DNA from: Chrysomallon squamiferum
Taxonomy: Eukaryota; Animalia; Mollusca
Assembly: GCA_012295275.1 (NCBI GenBank)
Contig: CM022670.1
Coordinates: 14,384,001-14,448,000, forward strand
Length of the DNA: 64,000 bases
Direction of reading: 5' to 3'
Numbering within the stretch: position 1 is the stretch's first letter; every line of letters starts with the position of its first letter. The notes beneath the pieces were generated by a model that was not told where the DNA came from, made no database searches, and saw only the letters and a program-made list of their open reading frames with translations. The position numbers were made by a program, and so were the translations under genes. Of this stretch, positions 39,169 through 64,000 are shown piece after piece.

Positions 39169-42100
39169 ATTATTATTATCATTTGATTTATTTTTTCTTT
39201 ATATCACTTTAATTATTTTTTCTTTCGCTGGTCGTTATATTTCTATCATTTTGTATTTACGACACGTAGTAGATTTTTGGTGTGCATCCCTGTGTCTGTG
39301 TGAACTTACGTATGTAATATCAACGGCTATTACATTTAAATAAAAATAAATAAATAAATAATAATAGTAATAATAATATGGACAAATACGACAAGAACCA
39401 GTAACAACAACAAGAACACCACCACCACCAACAACAACAACAATAATAATAATGATGATGATGATGATAATGGTGATGATTTATTTCAACCACCACCAGC
39501 ATCTGGTCAACCTCAAGGGAAGTCTGGACCTGCTCCACCAAAAGGTCATGGACCTGCAGCTCCGGGAGATGCTCCAGCTCCGGGAGATGCTCCAGCTCCG
39601 CAAGGTTGCAGTTTCAAGGAGAACCTCAACCAGGATACGTGCAACAACCACAAGGACACGTGCAACAACCACAAGGATACGTGCAACAACCACAAGGATA
39701 CGTGCAACAACCACAAGGATACGTGCAACAACCACAAGGATACGGTCCACCACCGTCAACAGGATATGGGCCGCCACCTCCTGGTTACGGACCAGTAACA
39801 GGACAAGGTCAAATGGTAGTAAGTAGATTCTCTGTAGAATTTGTGAGTCTATCTCAAGAAAATACACATAAAACATTTGTTTTAGAAGTTTTATATTTTA
39901 AGTTATTCCGGAAATAATAAGAAAACAACAACATAGTTTTAAAACGTCCTGTTGTTATTCTACTTGTAAAAAGGAAAGATCGTCGAACATATGAATCTTT
40001 GTGTATTTCATACACTGATTCGTGCATTAATTAACTTTATACTTTGATATGAGCTTCAGTAAAACATTACAATAATACTTTTTTAAATACTTATAAGTAT
40101 TATTAAAGAAAGACCGCGGATCGCGAAGTGATTCACATTTGATGAAATTAATAATGTTCACCAGGCAAACAAGAGAAGATTTACAAAACATGTACTTTAG
40201 GGTGCTGATGCTCCGGATGTCAAAGAAATTGTATAGCAGTTTGTACTTTTTATTTATTTATTCATTCATACATGCATTTATTTATTTATTTACCAATTTG
40301 TGTATTTGTTTGTTTAATTGTTTACGTGTATTATCGCGAATCTTCAGCTAGGGATAAATCAATATTCATTTTTATTTGATTTTCTGTATTACTTGCTATC
40401 TCCTATTCCATTAAATGTATGGTCTATGACCTCTTTTGGAATGGTATACAGAAAGCAAGAACAAAAACAACCACCACCCGCCCCAAGAAAGAAGAAAAAC
40501 TAACACAGAAGAAAGCAAGAAGAACAAGAAAGAAAGAAGATATCTCCTCCCCGAAAAAAAGCAAAGCAAAATCGTAGAGAAAAATAGAGAAACTAAAAAA
40601 CAGAAAAAAAACAAAAACAACAACAACAAGAGGATTGAAGACAATGTTCTTAATCGAGTGATTAATGAGCGCGGCTTTCTTATCTATTATTCTCATTATA
40701 AAAGAAACTTACGCATGACACCTAAATATTCTTAATTAAAATGGGATAAGGTTCACATGAACACTTAATTATTTATTTATTTATTCTACATTGGAAAGTG
40801 CGTCTATTTATAAATGCATATAATTAATCACTTTATTATCTGCGAGTTACTTTCTCAGTCAGTGAGTAAGTCACTGATTAGTTAATAACTTTATTAAAGT
40901 GTTATTCCGTAAATCAGTCCGTGAGTAGGTGAGTCAGTCACACTTTCGTTTATTCGTTTCACGTTCAAGGGAAGACAGTTGAGAAATACTGCTAAACAGA
41001 TTTACAACTGGCTTGCTTCATACTTATTTGTAACATACTAAGACTGTAGACTAGTTTAGTATGAACTTATCAAGTTGCCACTATGTTTACTGGCTCATGA
41101 ATTTGTATGACGTTTTTAAAACGAGGCAAAATTTACAACTTTGCTGTTTCCTGCACAAAATAAGAGGGCGTCCGTTGCTCTGGTTGCAGTACCACATCAT
41201 CATTCCAAAACTTAATATCACTTTCTATATGTGTAAAATATATTTAATCTTTTACATATAAAGATTAATGCTGTTACATATTATTTTCAGATTTTCAACA
41301 ACCAGCAAACACTCTGATTGTTCATCCTGCAGCCCGACCCCCTGATTACCTGATCCTGTCTATCGTATCTTGTTGTTTCTGCTGGCCTATGGCCATAGCC
41401 TCTCTCATCTTTTCATGTGCGGTAAGTCATTTGGAGAATTACATATTTTCGTGCCAGTATGTAAGTGTGTTTCAATTAATCTATTAGATCTGTCATGAAG
41501 CGAAATGCCTGAAATAATCAATCATTTCACGTAATGCCTAAGACCACCAATCTGCCTAGTGTAATGCCTAAAATGTTCAGTCATTTCATGAAATGATTAG
41601 GATTAGCCAATTTGTGTAATATGCTTGTTGACAACATGTAATATACATTTTCTGTATTTCACTATCATTTACATTTTATTTAACTGTTAAAAATGATTTC
41701 TAATGATTCTGCCATTTTGCACAGACAGAGCAGAAATATTAGGTGTCTCTAGAACATGATTTTAATGACTAAAGGCTACTAACATTTAGAACTTAGCACT
41801 ATTTGCTCACTTGTCTTTAGTCGTAATGACAAGATATAAATAGGGACTAAAATGGAGGTTACGCAGGGGGATGGCATTTCTATACTTTTTAATTTCCAGT
41901 GTGTGACTAATTTCTGAATTAGTATGGAGTCTGAGACATTTAGTAGTTACCATTTGTCAAGATACTAGCAAATGAAATTAAATAATTTATTTTCTTTAAT
42001 TATTTTTACATATTTCACTCAGCTCACACACCCATACACCCACCCACCACAAATAAGTTTATTAAAAATAAAAAGTCCCAGACAAACGGAATTATATCGC

Positions 42101-42312
42101 CCGAAATGGCCGCAGGATTTTGTAAATGTGTTTTGTGTTTATTTTTTCAGTCCCGAACTGCGTCAGACGCTGGTAATTTTGAGGAGGCGAGACGTAAGGG
42201 GATGGTTGCCAGGAATATAGCAATTAGCGCCATTGTGGTTGGTGTGATCATCATTATTATTTATGTCGTTCTCAAAATCATCACATACAACTCTATGTCG
42301 AGGCAATATTAA
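37236..42312 (+). CDS. CD225/dispanin-family protein, copy B (frame anomalies; functional status uncertain)
   Basis: Exons 37236-37251, 38935-38966, Pro/Gln-rich exon ~39490/39500/39612-39818, 41291-41421 (ARPPDYLILSIVSCCFCWPMAIASLIFSCA, with the canonical CC-x-C-W-P dispanin motif) and 42151-42312 (SRTASDAGNFEEARRKGMVARNIAISAIVVGVIIIIIYVVL...*). Lesions: exon-3 acceptor CAG>CAA, +2 indel near 39606, and exon 4 is 131 nt. Confidence 0.75.
39633..39737 (+). repeat. Coding minisatellite, 21 bp x5 (GYVQQPQ in the ancestral frame)
   Basis: gga(t/c)acgtgcaacaaccacaa is repeated five times. Copy A has a single diverged unit. Confidence 0.95.
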
Positions 42313-42781
42313 GGATAATAAAACTGAAACTCATGCTGGACACTAGTATTACATTCTTCAATATTCCTGACCAATGAATAATTAATTAGATAATCAACTA
42401 ACCAAGCAAGCAAATAACGAAATGAAAAACCACCCATTAGACAGTTGCACAATTAATATTGGTTGCGGTTCTCGTAATTATTGCTGTGTATTTAATTAGC
42501 TGCATTTCGTTGCATTATAGAAATAATTTATTTTCATTTTGTGTTTTATTATCTTGTTACAATTTTATATTAAGTATGCTTAGTAGGTAAGTAAGTTCGC
42601 GATCTCGGAAATCTGTCTGTTTTGTTGTTGAATTAAAACTGCTTTGAAAATAAATAAAAAAGAAAATACAGCAGAAATCTGACTTATAATAGTTTGGTCA
42701 TCATCACTGTAATTTTGAGACAGCCCATGATTATAACTCAAAAAAAAAAAAAAAAAAAAATCAAAAAGATCCATACACACA

Positions 42782-42816
<35 letters not shown>

Positions 42817-44402
42817 AAAAAATGACGAAGCATACAAAACTTCGTTTGTGTTGTGACATACTTTCTGAGATAGTATTTGCAGTTTTTATATTCATGTAGA
42901 AAACATTCCTCAAAATTATATAAGTATTTTACATATAAAGTTTGTGGTGATGGAAATTGATTTTAACATACACACATACAGAGAGACACACGCATTTATT
43001 TATTTATGCACATACATAAAAGATACCCATACACATGTTTACACACTAACAAATACACTTCTGTTAATACTGCACTCACACTATTCACACGCATGAACTT
43101 TCTAGTACTCAAGTGCTATTTAGATATTGTATTATCAAGTTATGAACTTGTTTATATTTGTCGAAGTCATTTTTTGGAATGTACAAATAAAACAACAGAT
43201 CGCACATGCTGGAGTGAAAGAAAATTTATCATTTGAGAAAACTTGAGTTCGTACTTCTTTATCCATATCATAAAACCTTGTTTTATTATCTACTTTTTTC
43301 TTCTAAATAATAAACACTTCATTTATTTTTATATACCAATTTTTTTTTCTCCTATGTTTTCTATTTCAAAAGCTGTAAAAATGACTTGGACAATGATACT
43401 AAAGACCTATTGATATGTACCACTGAAATGTTTTAAATGTTGATTTGTTTTATTAAATTTTAGCAATTGGTTTTCTGTATTTTATTCAGTTTTAATAAAA
43501 ATATAATAATGTGACATTTACAGGTTTTTTTCATTTGTTCTTTCCGATGAAAACGATATAAAAAAATTAAAAAAAGTCAGTGGGAAGAGCATCTGATATC
43601 TTTATGACGCAGCCTCCCGACACAAAAGTGATAATTACAAATTTCTTTGTTAAAAAAAAAAAAAAAATATATATTTCTGCCATGATATAATAAATAATTC
43701 TTATATTAATTGTTTTATTTTTGCACATAAGCTTTATTATTTAAACAATTATTTAGTTGAAACTTTCACAGAATTAAAAACAAAAAGATATGTAAGATTT
43801 TTAATATACAGTTAATACAGATGATAATTAAATAAAATATGTGAAAACAGACAATGTGTGATTCAAAAAATGAAACGTGTATCGGAGACTGTCATCCTGG
43901 ATGAAGAAGCACACACTGTTTTCAACGTACCCGTACGCACACACTTTTCTGAAGGTACGCGACACAAACTTAAACATTTAATAAATTATTTTTAACAGTT
44001 TCATTCATTTGTATCTTTCCTTTCATTCAGTGTTTTAATAAAGTACATTATATTAAACTCATTAATTCTATATAACTATTTTAAAGTCTCTGGTTACTAA
44101 TAGAAAATTTTATATTTATTCTAATGAATTATCTGTCACGGATTCAACTGTTCAAAGTTTCGTACAGACAGACGCTGTAACGGACAGTCATGTTGTAATC
44201 ACACTAATGGTAAATGTAAAACGGGATGAAAAGGTGAATGGAAAGGTGAATGGAAAGGTGTTGACTGTACAGGTGAATTGATATCTTCTTTTATTAATAT
44301 ACAATTCTTTATTTTTTCAACAGAGAAGAAATAAATAAATGAATAAATAAACAAACAAACAAATAAATAAATAACTAAATAAATAAACAAACAAATAAAT
44401 AA

Positions 44403-44445
<43 letters not shown>

Positions 44446-45006
44446 AAAAAAATAATAATATAAATCCACAATATATGGTATGATTGCCAACGATATGAAC
44501 AACAGATATTTGATGAATATTTCAGAATGTGATAACACATCGATTGTCGTTACAAATGTAATGACAGAAACTGAAAGAACGATAACTCATTTTGTAATAT
44601 TAAAACAGGGAATGTATTGAAAGATGTAAACCTGGATGGAAGGGTTTAAGGTGTATTTAAAACTAAGTCATTTGTTGTACTAGCAACGGCATTCATTTTG
44701 AACAATAATTGTAATTCATGACAAAAAAAAAATTGGTAATAAATAACTAATTTTATTCCTACGTTTTTTTAAAATTTATTTTCTACTCTTTAAAGTGAAC
44801 AATCTGTATTTCAAAGATTAATAAAAATAATCTATTTTCTTCAACCCGTATCTTTGAACCGTTTATATTTTAAGGACAACTACGATGATAATAAATATTT
44901 ATTTTATTTTATTTTATTTTGTTCTCATTTACTTTTTAAAACTATTCTGACAGTTATGGTCCAGTCTAAGCTATATACTGAGTAGTAGAGAGAGAGCGAG
45001 AGAGAG

Positions 45007-45095
<89 letters not shown>

Positions 45096-45134
45096 ACAGG
45101 GTGACACAAATATAGATTATAATTAAATATGCCT

Positions 45135-45552
45135 TAGGAATTTGCAGGACATTTTTCGCTCTCTCTCGGTACAAGCTGGATTTGATGCCCTCAGACATAC
45201 TCAACTTGGAAGCTATGTCCTGTGGCGTCTCCATACCCGGTCAACAACTTCTTCCTCTCCTCTTCATATATCTTTGGGATACTGGTCAGCTCCTCCCGTG
45301 CTCGCTTCCGCATGGTGTTGGTCAATAGGTGGACAGCAACTGCGCTCTTATCCGAGGAATGGATGTGGTCTTTACCTCTCCTCACCACTGTCCCATCAGT
45401 TGTAGCAGTCACGGTTAAAGGCAGCTCGAATAGAAACATCTCCATGGTACCGTACCATTCTTGTTACTAATCCGCCGTGCATACCTATATCCATCAAGTA
45501 TAAGGTCCGCACCTTGTTTTCTACAGTCCAAAATTTCTCCCTTCGCAGCCAT
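45135..45552 (-). mobile_element. Frameshifted FLYWCH zinc-finger / Mutator-like (MULE) transposase 5' fragment
   Basis: MAAKGEILDCRKQGADLILDGYRYARRISNKNGTVPWRCFYSSC / TVTATTDGTVVRRGKDHIH...MRKRAREELTSIPKIYEEE / IKSSLYRERAK. This is the GY.Y-WRC-C-H.H FLYWCH pattern followed by the helical region typical of animal MULE transposases. It is intronless and GC-richer than its flanks. Confidence 0.65.
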
Positions 45553-46344
45553 GATCAAACATAACAAAAATCATGACTGTACAGTATTTATATAGATAGT
45601 ATTTCCTGTCTCCAAATTTTACGTTATAACATTAATTTCCTTGCAACCTCTACTCTGACTACCCTCTTCATACATCTCTTAATTGATCTCGTTAACCCCA
45701 CACGTCTAAATTGGTAGTATTTCCTGTCTCCAGATTTTACTGAGATATAACATTAATTTCATGTCTCCAAGCATTAATTTTCTTGCTATCTCTATTCCGG
45801 CTCACCTCTTCTCTTCACTGCTCATTAAGGTTAATTTCGTTAATCGCCCCCTCTGTTCTTTACACATTTCATTATCCCCATGCGTTTAAATTGGCCTTAA
45901 TGTCTCACGCCATTTTTCCCATTTCTGGAAGCGGATTAGAGCACCTGACCGCTTACCTAATCTGGAGACTGACAGTTTAGGGAAAACACCGGAAGACTGT
46001 GACTCTATGTGTGGGCATTGTCAGTCATGAGACTGTGACAATGTCTCTGGAGAGGTATGCCAAACAAATAATCATAATGCTATTATTAGTCCTCTGGATA
46101 GTGGTAAGAATGAATATTATAAATGTATTTTGAATACTTCCAGATTACTGCGACGGACACGCCCGCTGATCTGTCAGAAAGCGTGTCCGTCGTAGACGTG
46201 CTTCACAACAGCTTGCTCTGATTAGCACGTTCATTTTTTACAGTTTCAGTTTCAGTTTCGAGATGAATGTTATATTTGTTGCTTCTGAAAGTGTAATTTT
46301 TTTCTTTGCAATAAATTGTCTAAATGTTTCTCATGATGTTGAAA

Positions 46345-46605
46345 ATTATTATTATTATTGCTCCTGTTGTTGTTATTATTATTATCACCACTGTTACTAC
46401 TACTACTACAACTGCAACTGCTACTACTACTACTACCTCTACTATTACTACTATTACTGCAGTGCTACTGTTGCTGCTACTACTGCTTCTACTACTACTA
46501 TTATTACTGCTGGTACTATTACTGCTGTTGGTATTACTGCTACTACTACTATTACTACTACTATTACTACTACTACCACTACTATTATTATTATTAATTT
46601 TATTA
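46345..46605. repeat. Compound (TAC/TAT/TGC)n trinucleotide microsatellite
   Basis: Direct reading; it produces the spurious poly-Y/T/L ORFs at 46263-46655. Confidence 0.9.
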
Positions 46606-47102
46606 TTATTTGTATTGCGTTTTCCTTAATGAGAAAACTTATATTTTCAATTTAATGTAGACAAACGATATTGTTTCTTATTAGATACCGTACATTTTTT
46701 TTTAACTTATTAAATTAAATACAGAATTTCAGATGATGATTAGAATAATTCCAGTATCAGGACAGACCATTCAACACGGTAAAACGAACATCACAGCTCT
46801 CAGAGAGACCTCAGTAATACACGAGATAAACGAGAAGACGCTACCTGTAGAAATAAAGGTATTTTTTAGATTTTAGTATTTTAAAAATTTACGTTAAAAT
46901 TATATATGTAGTACTTATATCTGAAATATTTACACTGAATTTAAGTTGTAACATACTGTATTTTCAGGTCCTATAGAACATTTCTACAACGACTAGTTTC
47001 CAAATTTACATTCTTTATTAAATATAAATGGAAAAGTGTAGGCGGTATATCAAAGCAATATATGTGTGTTTGTGTGTGCGAACGTGCGTGTGTTTGGTCT
47101 GC

Positions 47103-47139
<37 letters not shown>

Positions 47140-47304
47140 TATTTTTTTAAACAACAAGAGATACGACATTACTATATTCACAGATGGTTTCCAATAGTTG
47201 ACTCTGTAACACTGATAACCTGCTTGACAACAATCAGTGAAAAATTACAAGATAAAATCACAACTCATCCTGTCACTTTTGTATACAGTAACTGACATTT
47301 AAAC

Positions 47305-47415
<111 letters not shown>

Positions 47416-49219
47416 ATATGTATGACTGGATATATATGTCTATATTTTCACTGAGCTAATGTTGAAAGTTTTATTAATAATTATTTTCTTTCGGTATTCA
47501 AATAAAATAATACGATTAGATGTGTTCTCTTTTGTCATGTTTCAAATAAAGTGAAGACTTCCTTAACCTGAACGAAATCGCAAAATGTTTCCTGAATCAG
47601 GAAGCAATCTCTTAAACTAGAACTAAGAATAGTTATTGTACTGCAGCGCTAAAGTGCTTTGTTTAAGTGCTTATTTTAGTCTTTTATGTAGAACATTCGA
47701 CATAATCCTTTCTATATATTCAATGAAAACATATACAATAACCGCCAATAAATGTCTGTCTGTTTTAGGTACATTTTGGATCTACCAATATATTTTCTGA
47801 TATGAATTACGAACATCAAAACGAAAAACGAAAATTAAAACGATTTTAAAAAAAAATAAAAAAATAAAAAATCCTATGAAGAAATGTCTTACATGTACAT
47901 ACAGAAACAACATACACACTGAACTAGTAGAAGGCACCACTATTTCCCTTTGTTATGATCTCATATCCGAAGTAAATGATGTTAAAACATAGACCCATAC
48001 ACACACATAAACGTACATTAGATACCCCACACACCCAGGCACACACACACACGTTTATACATAGACACACATAAATAAATATATACATATATACATACAT
48101 ACATACAAACATACACAAACACATACAAACATACACAGATACAATCATTCACCAATCCATCCATACATACATAAATACATACTTAAACAAATATTCCAAT
48201 GTTTACTTATGAAATCTTTTTTATTAATCTGGGCACGAATATTATTTCCTGTGTGATAGATACATAACGAAAACAAGGTTAACATCTAAAGCAAAGAGGA
48301 AAGTTACAAAGTAATAACTAAATTTCAAGTTTCATTATCACATACTCAGTATAAAATTGTAAACATATAAAATTGCTGGAATGTACAACGAAACTAAGAC
48401 AAAAATTAAATAGAAATAAAAATAATAATATAAGAAAAAAGAAAACTTAAAAAAAAAGAAAAAAAAAGAAAGAAAAAAAGATAGAAAAACAAAACAAAAT
48501 TAAGAAATAATGACTCCTTGAAAAATAAATAAAAAGTCAACAATTGAGACATATTTATATGTACATGTAAATGAGAAAGAAAAATTGTATTATGACATAG
48601 TATGACAGCTTTGACATCAACTTTGATCAGTTGAAAAGATTAATCATACATACAAATGTTGACAGATAAAAATATCGTACAAAAAGTAACATCAATATTA
48701 GATTAGTAAACGGCATACACAAAACCTGCTGACAAATTATTAGTTAATATCAAACAAACCGTTGAAAAAATATTTTATGCAGCTTACTTCATGTACATGA
48801 ATTAAACTTGTTTTATAAGAAGTATTTGTCAAAGTACAAACATTTTGCGGCTTGATGTGTACATTATAAATGAGAAAATAAGAAAGACGACAGAAATAAA
48901 ATGTCTAACACAAGTCGGTTTGTATTGATAATTCACAATACAAGATTAGACTTATCTATTTGATTATTCAATCATTGCTACAGTATCGTCATATATAAAT
49001 ATCAACATTATGAACACTATATAAAACTCTTTATGAAATGGTGCTATTAGAACCGTTATTAAAACATTGGTTTAATATTACCTGCATACAAGTTGAACCT
49101 TCGCAGATTACAGAAGCAGTATCAAAAAGAAAAATTAATTCACACTCAAAAATTAATTATTGTGAGTTTATTATGTTAACTGTTTTTATGTTAATTATGC
49201 ACACATGTGTAGACAAACT

Positions 49220-62106
<12,887 letters not shown>

Positions 62107-62222
62107 CTGTAAATAATAATAAAAAAATAGTTACATTTAACAAAAGGAAATATGCAAATCTAATTATTTCACAGATTACTGAAATTATAACAGAAAAAGA
62201 ACAAATATAAAACTAATATATA

Positions 62223-63383
62223 TACTCTCCGAAAATGGTTGATTTCTTAGATAACTATTGTAAACTGACACTATGAATATAATAACATTTGGTGATTCAA
62301 ACATATAGCTTTTGTTACAGTTGCCAAAAAGTAGGTAACACAAAATAAAGGCTATGATCATGTTTAATAGCCAAAACGTCCCCGCATGCAAACCACGTTA
62401 CCAGTGCATGTGCACGTGTGGCACATGAAACTTGAATACGAGGGTTATAAAAATGCAAGGTTTTCGAATACTTCTGTTCGTTATTTTTGTTCTGACCCAA
62501 CATCAAACAAATGCCACGACTGAGTGAACCGCAACGAAACAACACCATCGGTCATTTACAAGCTGGCGAATCCTTCTCGGCCGTAGCCCGGGTGTTCCAT
62601 GTAGCCCAAGGCACCATCTTGAGATTGCGGTATCGGTTCCAGCAACACCAAACAACACGTGACTGTCCCAGATCAGGTAGACCACGTTTTCTGCTTCGTT
62701 GACCTGACGGAAGATGTCGAGTTTATAGACGTCGTGGTGAATGTTTTGCTGCAAACTGCATACAGGAAGCGGGCAGATTTGCCGGTGATAGTGTGAGGGT
62801 GTGGGCAGCAATCTCATACACTGGCAGGACCAACCTGGTTCACATCTAAGGCAACTTACCAGCACAGAGATACCGAGATGAAATTTTGCAGCCGCATGTC
62901 ACTCCAATTATGAATAATGATAACACTGTATTCCAGCACGACAATGCAAGACCACATAAGCCAGACTGAAAACAGCGTACCTACACAACAATAACATTCA
63001 GGTCCTGCCCTGGCCCTTCTGAATCTCCGGATTTGAACCCTATAGAGCATTTATGGGACACGATGGATAGACAACCGAGGCAGCATCAAGCACAGCCACA
63101 GAATCGTGTTCAGTTGGCATTATCACTACAGACAGAGTGGGCCACCATTCCACAAGGGAAGGAGATGTCAGGCAGTTCTGATCTCCCGTGGTGGGCACAC
63201 AAGGTATTGATATTATACTGTTATAACTTTGAACTTTAACCTTTTTAATGTAATACCATCAATATTAATGAACTGCGAAAGTGTGTCTAAAATGTGAACA
63301 TTCTGCTGCTTTCTGTTGATCCATTAGATAGATAGTCCCAATGTCAATAAAATCTACTTTTGCGTTTCTTTTTTGGGAGAGTA
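62223..63383 (+). mobile_element. Degenerate, internally deleted Tc1-family (DD34E) DNA transposon in an RPTP intron
   Basis: HTH segment MPRLSEPQRNNTIGHLQAGES..VARVFHV...RSGRPR (62511), FQHDNARPH (~62931) and WPSESPDLNPIEHLWD (~63011-63060). D-to-E spacing is 34 after repairing two frameshifts. Terminal TACTCTCC(G/C)AAAA inverted matches at 62223 and 63383 are flanked by TA. Confidence 0.85.
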
Positions 63384-64000
63384 TATATTCTTTTTCAAAT
63401 ATGATACAAATGATAGCTGAAAGTAACTGATAATCTACCATTATCTATATATCTGTATAATAACTGATAAAAAAAGAAGAGAAAAAACGTTTGAAAAAGA
63501 AAAGAAGACTAACATCCACAGCAACAACAAAGAAATAATTAGCAGCAAGGATCATTTGTTTACTGTTTCCTCCAGAGAGAAAAGTAGATACCACTTTTGA
63601 TTATATCTTAAACTGGTGGGAACAAAAATATCGTAATGGACGCGTTGATCAGGACCCATCATGTTTCTATCTACTAAGTTACTGAGGTTGCTGAATAAAG
63701 AGATTTGTATTATTCTTGTAAACTGACAGAAAGACAAGTGACTAGTAGTACGTAAACACAAGTTCACACCAGTATAATTATTTGTATGTCAATCAATATT
63801 ATGTTGCATATACAACGGAACAGCACAAAACAGAACAAGAACAAATATACAGTATTTCTAGATTACAGCAATGTTGTATGTTGAGTTAGATGATATGAAC
63901 AAGGAAGTTAAGTTATTTTCATTGTACCAGTCAATCTGTAACTTACAAACTTATTGTCATATCAGAATACAGGAAACACAACTCTCCATATAATATTACT

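Larger units (their letters stand above)
31680..42360 (+). repeat. Segmental duplication block B
   Basis: Collinear with 1-10930 and, over its first ~6.5 kb, with 24651-31555. Confidence 0.95.
43840..47290 (+). pseudogene. Plus-strand RPTP paralogue pseudogene, tail-to-tail with the intact RPTP
   Basis: EGF remnants at ~43840-43925 (CENRQC../TCIGDCHPG*RSTHC), 44137-44272 (HGFNCSKFRTDRRCNGQSCCNHTNGKCKTG*KGEWKGEWKGVDCT|gt), ~44526-44660 and ~45981-46060 (DCDSMCGHCQS*DCDNVSGE). D2 exon 46733-46858 (IPVSGQTIQHGKTNITALRETSVIHEINEKTLPVEIK) is 126 nt like 50935-51060. Exon ~47155-47288 (EIRHYYIHRWFPIVDSVTLITCL) has lost its splice sites. Confidence 0.8.

Noticed and set aside
39481-39876. Minus-strand hydrophobic repeat ORF (ILVVVAR)n, and similar ORFs at 7812, 8878 and 9393
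   Set aside because: Antisense shadows of the Pro/Gln-rich dispanin exons; the splice signals are on the plus strand.
44137-44272. In-frame TGA at a Cys position (selenocysteine?)
   Set aside because: Neighbouring exons carry frameshifts, other stops and lost splice sites, and no SECIS is evident; ordinary pseudogene decay.
62185-62391. Signal-peptide-like MIIAFILCYLLFGNC as first exon of the RPTP
   Set aside because: Lies inside the Tc1 element, and the only phase-1 GT would create TAA when joined to 62106.

Overview
AT-rich, microsatellite-laden animal genomic DNA with spliceosomal introns. Gene content suggests a mollusc, possibly a cephalopod; this is inference and cannot be proven from the window. 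Most entries in the ORF track are microsatellite artefacts, and the real genes have short exons that I assembled by hand from GT-AG boundaries. The window is a rearranged segmental-duplication cluster pairing two gene families. (1) Two plus-strand CD225/dispanin (IFITM/PRRT-like) genes with Pro/Gly/Tyr/Gln-rich N-termini (5521-10900; 37236-42312), plus an orphan third promoter and first exon (30025-30040). (2) A minus-strand multi-exon receptor protein-tyrosine phosphatase (62106->49220; first exon not found in the window) with the architecture F-type lectin domain - 5 EGF-like exons - TM - catalytically intact D1 - shortened dead D2. Decayed remnants of several paralogues of this receptor lie on both strands. 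The dispanin membrane exon shows far more amino-acid than silent change between copies. Copy A has a triplicated Pro-rich exon. Copy B carries three lesions that can cancel out to give an alternative-frame protein. A Tc1 (DD34E) relic and a FLYWCH/MULE relic are also present. Overall it looks like a birth-and-death, probably immune-related, lectin-phosphatase/dispanin cluster.
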